A stretch of 62,880 bases of DNA, filler included, from Choristocarpus tenellus KU-1152 (lineage: Eukaryota; Protista; Phaeophyceae), in NCBI GenBank assembly GCA_964200185.2. It is 10 parts of 10 records of this genome, joined end to end, with 100 filler letters (N's around TTAATTAATTAA, not from the genome) between each part and the next. Parts side by side here need not be neighbours in the genome. Positions count along the whole stretch, not along the records: positions 13,753 to 19,937 come from CAXNAD020008730.1; positions 20,038 to 30,733 come from CAXNAD020002776.1; 8 more parts are not named here. One strand, 5' to 3'. A program made the translations under genes and the position numbers. Shown piece by piece: positions 13,653-26,450 of the stretch. Under the pieces are notes generated by a model. It made no database searches. It saw only the letters and a list, made by a program, of their open reading frames with translations, and was not told where the DNA came from. Each line of letters begins with the position of its first letter. Position 1 is the first letter of the stretch.

Positions 13653-14366
13653 NNNNNNNNNNNNNNNNNNNNNNNNNNNNNNNNNNNNNNNNNNNNTTAA
13701 TTAATTAANNNNNNNNNNNNNNNNNNNNNNNNNNNNNNNNNNNNNNNNNNNNAATTGTATTTGACCGCGCGTCTTATACATACAGTGTGTGTCGGCGATC
13801 CCAAAAAGGAACCTGTCCCTCACAAAAACTATATTCATTCCATCACCTCGAAGTTACAGTTGATTTTTGGAGGATTCCACTTGACAGAAAACGCATGGAC
13901 AATTGAGAATAGAAATGAAGTTGAAAACGTTTTGTTTTTCCAAGTTGTACAACTGAATCGTATACAAAATTCAATTTGTTTCCTTCAAAAAAGGGTAGGA
14001 AAAGACACATCTTGGACATTTTGACGTCATGTTTGTGAGGGATAAGACAAAAAACATTGACGTGTGTGTGGACGTTTAACTTATCTACCGTAACTGCCTA
14101 CCGTAAGAAGTAATTACTCCAGGATCCCTTCACACGTAGTACATGTTCATATGTCATAGTAGTATATTTTTTATTATTATGCCCTCTCACATTTTGGAGA
14201 TGTGTCAGAGGGAAACAATGAAACTATATACATATGTATCCTGCTACAACAACCACTGTTGCCATCTTCCATAGGTAAGAGGTACGGATTCGTAATAATC
14301 TGGTACTACACATTACAGTTCCTGAGGCCTCAATTTTTGGAAGCTTTCACAACCTCAATTGTAACG

Positions 14367-17300
14367 ATGGGCAGGCTAGCTGGGAAAGTTGCGCTTGTCA
14401 CTGGGGCTTCTTCTGGAATTGGCAGGGGTACTGCCCTTCGGTTCGCCAAAGAGGGTGCCAAGGTATGAGTCTTCTGTGCGAAGTGTGAATTTGACTAATC
14501 TTATTCTGGCGGGTCATTGACTGTACATCCCTCGTCCACTCTTCTCATCATTATGTGTCGTACCAAGTTTATAACTCAATGTCGTAAGGAGCGAGACATT
14601 GAAACCAACTTTGCACCTAAGCCTTCTGATCCCATACGCAGGTTGTTGTGGCTTCCCGTTCTGAGGATAAGCTGCAAGAGGTGGTCGCCGAGATCAAGGA
14701 AGCTGGTGGTGAGGCCACCTACGTTGTTGCTGATTTCTCGAAGGTGTGTCGTTGTTGATGGTGTCTTAATACTGGATGAGGATTCATTGTATGTGCCCAC
14801 AAAGGTGTTATTCAGTGAATGGATGATCCCAATAGGTGTCCTAATGGTTCAATGCCAACTTTATCCTCGTTGGCTTTCTAGGAAAATAGTTATCTTGATC
14901 TGCTTTTCGACGGAGCTGAAAAACGGACATGGTACACCGTGATATTGCTGACCTCCACACAAACGTTTTGCAGGAGGAAGACAACAAGCAAGCTGTGGAG
15001 GTCGCTGAGTCCACTTATGGGGGTCTGGACATTGCGTTTGTCAACGCTGGGACCTTCAGCATGAAACCGATTGTCGAAGCGTCATTGGAAATGTACGACT
15101 CTATTTTCAACTCCAACCTGAAGTCTGTCATCTTTGGTCTTAAGTATCAGGTATGTATATATTGTCCCCTTCCTGTATCGGCTTCCTTTCTCCGACATGG
15201 AGTCATAGACCCACACCCTTTATTTGATGCATGTTTGCTGGGCCAAAAACTCCGTTGTATAGTGAGTAACTGCAGCTCAGTTATTTCCTCTGCACCGAAA
15301 ATCTCTGAGCCCAATGCCATTACGGGTAACGACTCAGGGAATCCTTTTTCGTTCCCTTTTCCTACTTCAACAGTTAGCATGATCTATAGATTAGCCTGCT
15401 GCCTGATTAAATTTGGTTCAGTGACTTTCAATATTCCGCCATTATGAAGCTGTAGGCACCACAGCTGACATATTATTCCCTTTGTGCATCGAACCAACAA
15501 GCAGTACAATATTGGAAAGGAGTATTTTAGCCGATCAAGAACCCTACTCCATTCTTTCTCTCCTTTTCTACACCAACTCCCCAAGAACACATCTTAGCTC
15601 TCACTCAGTTAGCCGCACTTGGGTTGATGCACACCTGGTTGTTTCTCTATTCACAGGCTTTCAAGATTTTTCTATCTCGTCTACAACATAGAATGGAATC
15701 AAAATCCATTTGCAATGCCTTTGCCCCCATTTTTACATATTGTGTGTATATTGCAAACGACCTGTTGTTGTGCAGATACCAGCAATAGGAAAGAGGGGAA
15801 AGGGTTCCATTGTTGTTAACACTTCCATCATGGGTTCTAAAGTGACAACAGCTTTTTCGGGGGCCTCCATGTATGCTGCCTCCAAAAGCGCAGCTGACAC
15901 CATTGTCAAGTATGGCGCTATTGAGGTAACTGGTTGGGCAGTGTTCTGGTAGTACTTGAGAAGACTGTTCTCATTGATGGTACAGTGCACTCAAAGTTCT
16001 TGGTTTGAATTGAATACACATTTGTTGAACCACCTTGCAGCGCAAGAGCAAGATGTGTAAGACCACAAGCACTTGAAAGCCAGGGACAAGACCAAGAGGA
16101 AGCAGCTACATTTACATTGTGCTAAAGAGTGTATCTGAGTTTGAACCAAAATAAAGCGCATCACAGACCCATGGGTAGTAGCAAATTGCTGTACCAGTCA
16201 ATTATGTATAATTCAGTTGCCCAGACTTTATGACTGTGAACACTAGTAGGATGTCCACTACTTTAAGAGTGTTCTGCTCTGCCTACCTCTAGACTCGGAA
16301 GTCATTGCCAAAGCTCCATGGTGCATCCTCCTGTTACTTTTTCATAGTGTGCACCACCTCACCACCCCTCCTCTTTTGAATCAGGGGGCTACATTGAATG
16401 TGCGCGTGAACTCAGTTGCTCCAGGCATTGTACGCAGCAACATCAATGCTTTCTTGGACGATAAAGGTTGTGATGAGTGGGCAAGCGACCACCAGCTTGT
16501 TGAACGTGCTGGAACGCCAGATGAGGTGCACAATCATATCAAGAAATACACGTTGTCTGTTTTTGTTTTTTGTTTAGAGTTGTATTTTTCAAGGCAGATG
16601 TTTGACTTTTGCTACACTCTTGCTGGTCAATTAACAACTATTCCTCCCAAGCACCTTGTTGATTCCCTTATGTTTATGTGTGTTGGGCAGTGCCTGGTGT
16701 GTGTGCAAAGATTTACCTCATTTTCCCAGGTCTATTCCCATACACCTGCGAAGCCGTAGTAGATACCTGTGTGATGCGGGGTTTTTGTCCTATCTTCTTC
16801 CTTGTAATAATTAACAAGAGCAACACAATGTCTATTTGGACTACAATTACCTTTCGAAGGAAGTCAGCCTACTTCATTAGGTATCCTCTTGGTTTGGTAT
16901 AATTAGTCAAAGTAACTGATACAGGGGTATGTTTTGTATTGAGTTTAAATGAGTTCTCTTTCTTTCAAGAACATGAAGACATTTGAAATATGGATGTCAA
17001 TAAGGCTAACTTTCTTCTTCGAAACTGAAAGTACCCTCAAAACTGCCAAAATTTACCAACAGGAGGTCATAGGGACCCTTGAAACCCATTTGCTCCTCCC
17101 TCTTTGTTACATGCGTGGACTTAACATTGCTCATAGTTGGCTTTCGTATTGGCTATTACTGATACAATTCTCACTATTTGTGGTTGCCTTGTTGTAATCC
17201 TCAACTTGACAGAGTGCATAAACTAGCATGAAAAAATATTAACTAGTATTGTGAAGAGATTTTTTTTTTTGCAATTAAGTATCTTATTTTCAGTAGTTAC

Positions 17301-17596
17301 ATTTTCCTAAGATAACAAGGTTTGTACGGATCTTACGTGTTACACTGTTACATACCATAGATATAATCTTGTTTTCATACCTACTCTAATAGGGCTAACC
17401 ACAAGCATAGCCCCCGTTCTCACATGAAAATTCTGTACAAGTTTGCAGCTTTTCCCACATGACATGAAGCTGCTTTACCTCCCAACAAACCTCTCTGCAG
17501 ATTGCTTTGATGGCAACTTACCTTGCAAGTGATGAGTCTCTGTTCGTGACTGGAGGTGTCCACTATATCGATGGAGGGTGGTCTCTGAAGGCTTGA
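14367..17596 (+). CDS. Classical short-chain dehydrogenase/reductase (SDR, FabG/glucose-1-dehydrogenase-like), complete, 6 exons, 253 aa
   Basis: Exons 14367-14462, 14642-14743, 14974-15150, 15776-15925, 16385-16525, 17501-17596, all GT-AG. Motifs [33 protein letters not shown]...IDGG. Basic residue after beta-2 (ASR) suggests NADP(H). Confidence 0.95.
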
Positions 17597-20037
17597 GCTC
17601 CTGTGAATAGTCTTTTTATCTGCTTTTTATTTACTACTGCATGTCATTATTGAGGCGCACCATGTTCATTGTGATGCAAAAGCATTTTCTTTGTTGAAAT
17701 TGATAGCATGTAGACTAGAAGCAATGAACCTCTGGTGTTGGGTCACGATGTATTGCATACCCCCCAAACAAAGACCCAGGTGTGCCCCAGATTCCTCCCC
17801 AAAAGCAGGTTCTGCTTTTGTATCGTGTGTTAGTGACAAGAAGTCCCGGCTCAAGTTGTCCTCTTTATGATAATCCAACTTTATGAGGTTGAGTTCAACC
17901 TTCTTGGTTGAACGGATGTGTGCTATTACACTTGAGCATTGTCTGCTTGAGTCTACACCTGATGGCCAATTGATCTGCTATTTGTGTGTGCAGGTGTATC
18001 GTTTATCAGTATTCATGTTTTTGCAACTAGTTTTGATACCCTTTGTGCTCATGTTTTGGTTCTGTGCAAGTAGTGCATACCCGGCCCTTTCTAGCTGTAG
18101 TATGCTGTGCATGTCAGGGCATTGCTGATGTTACTGCCATGTTTGTCTAGGACACCCCAATTGTGTCAGGCTTATCTTACTTGGAATGCCTGGAGTCCTG
18201 TATATGTTGTACTCGAAGTAATTTACAGGGGGAATGGCTGCAACTCTATTTTGTGTTAAGTGGTTCTATTTTACGTGGCTCATGAGAAAGTTTTACTTTT
18301 TATTGAAGTCTTCCTTACATGTTAATGTCTTTCGCTGAGGATAGCAGCAAAAGGAGACACGGTTTGCTGTGATGCTGTTATTTTTTAAGTTGGCTGAAAT
18401 ATTTGCAAGAGGTTCTTCGAAGAGATCTGTACCATAATTCATACCCTAATGTTGTAAAGCTGTTTTTTGTGTCACAGTTGTGATAAAGGTGTGGAGTTGC
18501 AAACCAGAGAAATAAGTTGCAATAATGTTGATGGATGTAGTATGGAATGGTTATCGTAGTCTACATATTTATTCCTGGAAACCAGTGAAGGGGCAATATG
18601 CATGGGAAGCAAAGAGTTACGTGTTGTCTTGACACAGCATGGATGTTGGTTCCTTCCTGACCACAAAAATATTCAGAATATGTTCTTTTGGAATGCTTCT
18701 ACTCAAATGTGTCATCGGGGAAGGCAAGACCTGCACTGAAGGGGAATGACTTCTATGAATGCAGGCAGCATGGTGTCCATTGTCACTACACCATAGCTCA
18801 TCCCACACTTGCCACAAGATTCATACAGATAATGCCTCCAATGTGCTGATCAACAAGCAACTGGAAGCCTTGCCGTTGATACTGCTACTACCCTGAAATT
18901 TGTATTACAGGCAGGGTTCCACACTTGCAAGGTGTTTGCTTGCTATAGTATAAATCTTTCCTGGTTCCCCTTTGCTATACTTTTGAGTATGACATTTTAT
19001 GCAGACATGCAACACAATCTGATCGCACAGCCTGTGGACCTGTCCTTGACTGAGGGTACTACATCTTCTGACTTTCTAAGGTTTCATCCTGTAAAGGTCC
19101 ATGCTGCCAACAAACTTTGACAGCCTGTAACATGAACATCCTAGAAAAAAATCAAAGTTTGCAGTCCTGTGACAGAGCTTCTCTCCATCACCTTTTTATG
19201 TAAAGCAAACGATGTGGGTTCTCCTCAGCAACAATGATCCGATTTCTGAGAAGTGATATTTTAATATGCACACCTGTACCTTCGAAATAATGTGTAACTC
19301 CTCCAAGCCAGAAATCCTGTACATTATATACAGTAGAATACACTAGCATTGACAGACTTAAAGAAAGGGAAAAATCCCCAATCCCACAAATATATCTCGT
19401 TCGGAAATGCCTCAAAATTGCCGTGTAAATGTCGTTTGTCACGATTTCCGTTTCGAAATGCCCAACAGAGGGAAAAAGCAAAACGAAACAGGGGTGAAAA
19501 TGTGCCTTTAGGAGATTAGTGGTAGTATTGTCCAAATAGTCACTGTTTCCGAACGAAGTACAAATCCCTTTTTGTCCTAACCCACAGAACTCTCTTTTTA
19601 TCTGTTCACGTCTGTGGAAAGCATGTTTGTACATTATTATACCGTTATTGCCGTATGCCATATACCGTGGTACCGATTAAGGTTCCCAGTCAAGAATCCA
19701 TGATTCCACGCGGACAGACTTTCTGTCCGAATGTCACACATGGAAAATCCCCTTTGTTTTCACGTCTTGACTGGTGGTGATGAAGCCCTACCTTTGATGG
19801 TGCTCCTCCCTCCTAAGTTTGCACTTACTTGACCAACCTTAACCGCGTACCCTCGGTTCACGGTTCGTCCTTGTTCGTGTGGTCCGTCTTGCCCGGTGAT
19901 TCTCTTCGCCACCCTTGCCTGAGTGAACTACACCGCCNNNNNNNNNNNNNNNNNNNNNNNNNNNNNNNNNNNNNNNNNNNNTTAATTAATTAANNNNNNN
20001 NNNNNNNNNNNNNNNNNNNNNNNNNNNNNNNNNNNNN

Positions 20038-21500
20038 CACAGATCCCACCTCATATCTACCTTCCTATTGTAGCTTCCAGTGGAAACATTATCGGATACT
20101 TCTCCTGAAGGTCCTTAGCAATGCATATAGCGTCTCCTACAATCAACAAAATCTCCCTTAGTACATCACCACTACAAATCTCCGGAATAAAGTAATATGG
20201 TGGAGCTCTTACTTCCTACCTATCCTATCACGATCTCTACGAACACATCCTGGAGTGTTTTCTACTGTGGGTCCTTATCCATACCAAAATGCGTCTCCCA
20301 CGATCCACGAAATATCCCTAGTGTCACGCCTAAAGTGAATCCTTGGAAAAGAGTAGTACTAAACAATTGACTTATTACTGATTTACCATACACACAAACG
20401 ACGAAAACCTCTCCCTGACTTTAAATACTCTTCTATCTAAAGTCAGTCTGCATACAACATCACAGCTGTCACTTACTTGACTGTGGGTACGCACCAAAAT
20501 ACACAACAGATGGGGGACAAACTTATATATAATAATTTGGAAAAACAAACACAAGGGAAGATAGTCACAAAGGGGCGATGTTCTCTGTCACAAGGGGTAA
20601 TGTTCTCTGTCACCGAAGTAATAGCTCCTGATGAAGCTTTCCAACCTGTCCAGTCTCGAACTGATGTCTTCTACCTCTCGAGATTCGGTTGGGGGAGGAG
20701 TTGTGGTTGATATCATATGCGATCCCTCCTTAGCCCCCCTTCCAGAAGGGGTCTTCCTGTCCTCTCCCTGACTCAAACAGTCAGGGGACATTCGCTCACC
20801 ACGTGACCTAACCCTGTGCATCTCATGCATCTTCTACCTTGGTCGTCATCTCCCCCCAGTCTTGTAGCCCGATCGAGGTTGGGGCAGTCGTACTTCGTGT
20901 GGCCATCTTTGCCATGCATAAAACAGAATAAGCGGCCCTTTCATCGACCCTTTCTACCAGCAGTCCCCCGTCCCGCACTCACAACCAGAGCATGGCAGTT
21001 CCCTTCGCCACTTAAAGAACTTGACGAACTCTATGCTGGAAGTCGCTACCTCGACTCCACGTCCACTGCCCAGACCGATCCCCTAGAGATGATGTCAGAG
21101 CCATGAAGACCGAAGTCACAGTCATAGACTCTAAGGGTAGCTTGGGCTCTCTCTGCAAAAGTGGGAAATTCTCTCCCTACTTCCCAGCGAACGTGGGGAG
21201 GTTGGCGTCCCTGATGGGGTTGCCAGCAGATGTCTTGTACACAATAACTTGCTCACTACTAGCCTCGTCGATCAGCACAACGTCCCAGGAATAATCAGTG
21301 CGCTACGTAGCATGTTGAATATTCCACACTGGACCCGCGGCTTTGGTGCTTTGATGAAAGACAATGAATAGCTTGATGTAGGTATACAAAGTTAGTATTA
21401 CAAGGGCCTTGTGGTCTCGATTCCGCTAACTGAATACGTGGGTGAGACAAGTGCAGACTACCATGTGGGATTTGCAACGTCCACATGGATAATCAGAAAA
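20038..21500 (-). mobile_element. Decayed LTR-retrotransposon gag region
   Basis: Minus-strand CFMHGKDGHTKYDCP (degenerate CCHC knuckle, ~20880-20925) amid stop-riddled coding-like sequence; boundaries approximate. Confidence 0.45.
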
Positions 21501-21989
21501 GAATCATATCTACTTACCATACGTGCCATACATGATATATCAATGGATGACCCAATATCAGGTCCCTACCATACATAAATGTTGTGTAGAGCTCAACTGA
21601 AATATACGGAAACATATACCTGTCTCTACCTGTCCTCCTTTATCCNNNNNNNNNNGTGTCTGCATTTCCTAATCTATTCCACCGATGGTGTCTATAGTGT
21701 ATCAGCAGCACTATCTACGAACACCACCTATAGTCGTAAACAAGTGGTTTCTGGCTGCCGTTTGAAAACTCACATTCTCGATCTGTTCTATGTGTGTCAC
21801 GGTGTTCTTTTACTTCAAAGGTTCCGCTGGGGATCAGTAATTCGGAGAGGTTTCAGCCCAGGGCCAGACTTTGTCAGAATTCCTATATCAGTTGCGATGA
21901 CTCAACGCATTTATGCATCGCGTCCACGCATCAATAACTTTACCCCTTTCCACAGTCTCAAAAGAAACGAGGAGATATGTTGACCATTG

Positions 21990-22245
21990 TTGGAATCCAC
22001 GGTTTTAGTTGAAACTGGAAAGGGACCCACGTTGGAAACAACTGGCAGAGTTGGAACAGAGTCGGATCTGGAGTCCCTATGTTGGAAACAACTAGCAGAG
22101 TCGGAACAGAGTCGGAACTGGAGTCCCTATGTTGGAAACAACTGGCAGAGTCAGAAGTGGAGTCCCATGTTGGAAACAGCTGGTAGATTTGGAACTGGAG
22201 TCCCTATATTGGAAACAACTAGCAGAGTCGGAACTGAAGCCCCCA
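21990..22245. repeat. Minisatellite, ~39-49 bp unit (gttggaaacaactggcagagtcggaactggagtccctat), ~5 copies
   Basis: Directly visible tandem copies. Confidence 0.85.
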
Positions 22246-24298
22246 TGTTACCAAAGGGCAATTATACATGCCGCCGTAGCACGATCTAAGGTGATGGATA
22301 TTTACTATCCAGATAATGATTATTGCCTGTGGTAAGCGTGAAACAGGTAGTCCCTGCATGGAACGTAGGATATCTGATGTTGGAACCATGAAGTAACCCA
22401 CGTCAGAACAGATAGTAATTATGTAAGATGTTTTGATTTTTTTTTTTTGTCTTTTGTGTTTTCGTTTTTTTCTTTGTATATCACGTACCTGACCCCCCTT
22501 TATTCCGTGGATGTTTTTCCTTTTTTATATTATTCTTTCGTTATATTTTTGGATTTTCTTTTGTTTTTCTGTGTTTTTCCATTATTAACCTATCCCTTGC
22601 TTATTTTTTTTCTTATTTTTTTCTCCTCTTTTATCCGCATAGGTACTGATCCCCTTAATTCCTTGTCTTGTTCTATCTTTCTTCAGTCTTTTCTTCTCTT
22701 TTTTTGTTATCACTGATGTTGATATTATTGCCTGTTTCACGCACTAGCAGCTGTCAGTATGCTTAGTGCTTGGGGGGCAAGAGACAGGCAATAATCAGAT
22801 GATACTTGGCACCTTAGGGTAGCTGTACTTTAGAAAGAGTAAATGTATACTCCGATTAGGCCAGATGCAGACAGATATCTCCAAGTTGATAAGGATATAT
22901 GTTTTGGGCCTAGTAGGAGTCAGGTTTTTCTTTTTCTTTCTTTCTCCTTGCCACAGAATGATATGAGGTGGTTGAAGATATCTATTACCTTCACCGGTGA
23001 CAATCGCCTGTGGTAAGTGTGAAACATGTATTCCTAGTTCACACTGGGGGGCATGTTACAGGCGAATAGCGCGAGCATTTCTTTCTGTGGCCCAAAATGC
23101 ACGAACAGTATACATACGTAAGAATTCATGTAAGAGGAACTTTGAATTGATAGATGATGCAGGGTAAGATTCGAAATGCATACATAACCTTACAGAATAG
23201 ATGTCAATTCCTGAAAGTTGCAGGATAAAGATTTATGATTTGAGTAATTACACAGCGGTTTGCAGACGTCATTTAACTCTTTGGCCGTAGAAAAACAGTG
23301 AACGATGTTAATAAGAGGCTGAGTTGCTGACCACACGCCTCAGTCCTTTTTTATTCTTACCCTCTTTTGATAAAACGAAAAGTGAGACATCGACTGAGCT
23401 AAGTATCAACTGACACCATACATGGTCATCATCTGTGGACCCCCGCGTAGTGTCGTTTTAAGGTTGTTGGATTTGAGTTATACATCCTGTGGAGGTGAGT
23501 TCAGGGGCGTGCTGTAACATGGAGGTCCTACCAAGACTTCCACCCTGTAACACCGGTGATATGTCCTAAAACAGCGAGTTCCTTGTAACCAACTGCAAGA
23601 TGCTTGGAGCAAATGATGGTGTTCTGATATATATTACCACACCTGACAATTTTTCAGTATCTCCATTTCACCATTCCCGGTCACCGCCGTTTACATACCT
23701 TCTCTTTCTTCTTAGGGTCATATCCAACCTCATGACGGGGATATCACCTAGGCTGAACCTCAACCCACAGTACTGCTCTGTTTCGGTGAGATTAGACAGG
23801 AGAATGGGGATGTTGAAAGGGATAGTTCTTTATCCTGCAACCATCCAACTCATCCAGCAGACATTGTGTCCATCCTTCAATGGTCTAAGTAACTATCTCA
23901 ACGACATACAGGACGAGATGGTTTCCAATGGTTCCCAGGGATAACCGACAACTGTTGAAATCAATGGCCTGGAAACACGTACGGACAAAAAAGATGTTCT
24001 GGTTTATAGAAGGTATTATATCCTCGTCGTTTACGTACCCATACTGTCACGTTTGAATTGAAATAATAACATTTTAATATTGTCCTTCCTTGAAAGTTCT
24101 TTGTCCCCCTTTCCCCAGGTAGACACCAAATTTTTAGCGCGGGCATGATACCCCTAACCCCGACGCAATATAAACTTGAAAATATGACATCATATAGTAT
24201 GTCCGCCTTCTTCCTCTTCCCCCCTTCCTCCCCAATTGACAATTTTTCTCCACATACAAGGTCCTGAAGAGTGATCTTTCGATGCAAAGCCTACTTAC

Positions 24299-24420
24299 AG
24301 TAGAAGCTCGGGAGAAGAAGGTCCAAGAATACCAGTGAGAATGATGTAGTTAGTCTTCTTCTTATCATCACTTCCAACCATAGCGAAGCTTTGACGCATA
24401 GACTTGCACCAACCGATCTC
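24299..24420 (-). CDS. Putative isolated exon (EIGWCKSMRQSFAMVGSDDKKKTNYIILTGILGPSSPELL), unknown protein
   Basis: Pyrimidine tract plus TAG acceptor, GTAAGT donor, open frame with coding-like codons. Confidence 0.4.
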
Positions 24421-25372
24421 CTACTGCAGGGGGAGGGAAGTGCACTGCTGTCAGCAAGGGCATCCACTCCTCTAGACTAGGGAGCCAACAAAAGAGAAGA
24501 AGGTCCCATAGTCTGCAACCGTGACTGGAAAACATTCAGGTGGTCATATTTCAAATGTAGAGGAGGGAGTAGATGTATGTTTTTCAGCTTCTTTGAGATG
24601 TGAATGTTTCCTATTTATCTCCTCTTTATATGAATGCTGTTTATCGAACACAACATCCCGTGTTTCGTGTCAAGTCAACATGTGACAGGAAAGGGGATCT
24701 ATCGTGTTTGAGAATATGCATCCCATGTCAACAGGAGCTAAAATGGATTGATTCAGATAAGGACAGGGCAGGACAAGGGCTCAACACCTGTTATTCCACA
24801 TAGTACTTCTCGTGCACAATAATCAATATTTTTTCATCAAGCAAGTTTCCGGATGCCTTTAAAACAGAATATCGCCCAGTTTCCTGCCAGATGTTAACGT
24901 GGCACGAAACAAGGCATGTTTTGATTAATAGACAATTGGAACCTTGAAATCATAAAGGAATGTATTAGTGGAACGGAGGAGGGACCCTTGAATTTATTGC
25001 GAGTATCTCTGCTGCACTCCAAAAAAAAATCCTTTGGCTAGGACCTATTGTTTTGCAAGCTCCTCAGAAGAAACATGCCTTGTTGCAAGTGAAATGCTGA
25101 GGGGAAAGAAGATATGTTTCTTTCTAAAACTTACCAGAATTTCTACTGTTGATGAAGAAAAGTACTGTTCGAAGTATACTGGAGGGTCTCCATGCATTCT
25201 TGTGGACAAGATTTTTTTTAACGGGTCAGTAATTTTGGTTCCTTTCTTGTTTAGGTTGTAATCATTTCAAGAACAGCATCTGCCTATCCTCTCAGAGGTT
25301 GGAGTAGTTATTATATCTAACTAACACCCTTAGTGCATTGCGTTGCCCATGCCGGAATATGTGGTTCTCTTT

Positions 25373-25633
25373 GAGTGAAAGTATCTTAGAGGGTACGAGT
25401 TTTGCCCTGTTTGTCCATTTGGGGCTTGGCTTTCCATGGAGTACTTATATGACATTTTACCTACTCCAAAACGTTTTGGAGTAGGTAAAATGTATACATC
25501 ATGAAAAGGTGCGTCCGTAACAAGGATATTGACACCTCCTAACAAACAGGATAACCAAAATTACATCAAAATCGCAACATCGGATTTTGTCCCCTAAATG
25601 GACGCGACTCTACCCTCTAAGATACTTTGGCTC
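25373..25633 (+). mobile_element. Sola2-like MITE, family A (~260 bp)
   Basis: TIRs gagtgaaagtatcttagagggta / taccctctaagatactttggctc; perfect internal 42-bp palindrome 25452-25493; flanks cttt/ctat. Confidence 0.9.
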
Positions 25634-26450
25634 CTATGTGGGAAGCACAACTGTCGATCTCCAGATCATCCATATGATACAATCATCACCCGATCAGTGT
25701 TTAGATACAAACAAGTTCCTTGAAAATCTCTACATTCGACTTAATCCCACCTAACCCACTACTCTATCCTGAAGGAACATGAGGAAGCCATGAGACTACA
25801 CCAAGATTACTACAAATAGTGACTCACCGGTCAACTGATTGCATTCCAAGTGGAGTTCCTCAAGGGCAGTGAGTTCACCCAACTTCTCAGGAATGCTTCC
25901 TGAGTAACATTTTACACCAAAAATCAAAATGGTCAAAAAGACTGAAACTACCAAACACCATGGTGCTGAGAATGGGATATTGAGCCAAGTCTGAGCAGGA
26001 CAGGGATTAAACTTCACGGTTTTATATTGTGTTGTCTCAAGGTTGATTAGTCCACAAATTTCCTTGGGGATGATACCTATGTGGGAAGCACAACTGTCGA
26101 TCTCCAGATCATCCATATGATACAATCATCACCCGATCAGTGTTTAGATACAAACAAGTTCCTTGAAAATCTCTACACTCGACTTAATCCCACCTAGCCC
26201 ACTACTCTATCCTGAAGGGACACGAGGAAGCCATGGAACTACACCAAGATTACTCAAAACGTGGCTCACCGGTCAACCGATTGCATTCCAAGTGGAGCTG
26301 CTCAAGGACGGTGAGTTCACCCAACTCCTCAGGAATGCTTCCTGAATAAATTTTTACACCAAACATCATCATGGTCAGAATGTCCCAAACAACTGCCAAA
26401 CGCCATGGTGCTGAGAATAGGATATCGATCCAAGTTCCAGCAGGACTGGT
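25634..26450. repeat. Tandem duplication (443-bp period) of an LRR exon plus flanking intron
   Basis: 25634-~26000 aligns with 26077-~26445; the first 101 bp are identical. Confidence 0.9.

Noticed and set aside
21990-22245. CRISPR-like repeat (gttggaaac...)
   Set aside because: Intervening sequences are themselves repeats, not unique spacers; eukaryotic context.
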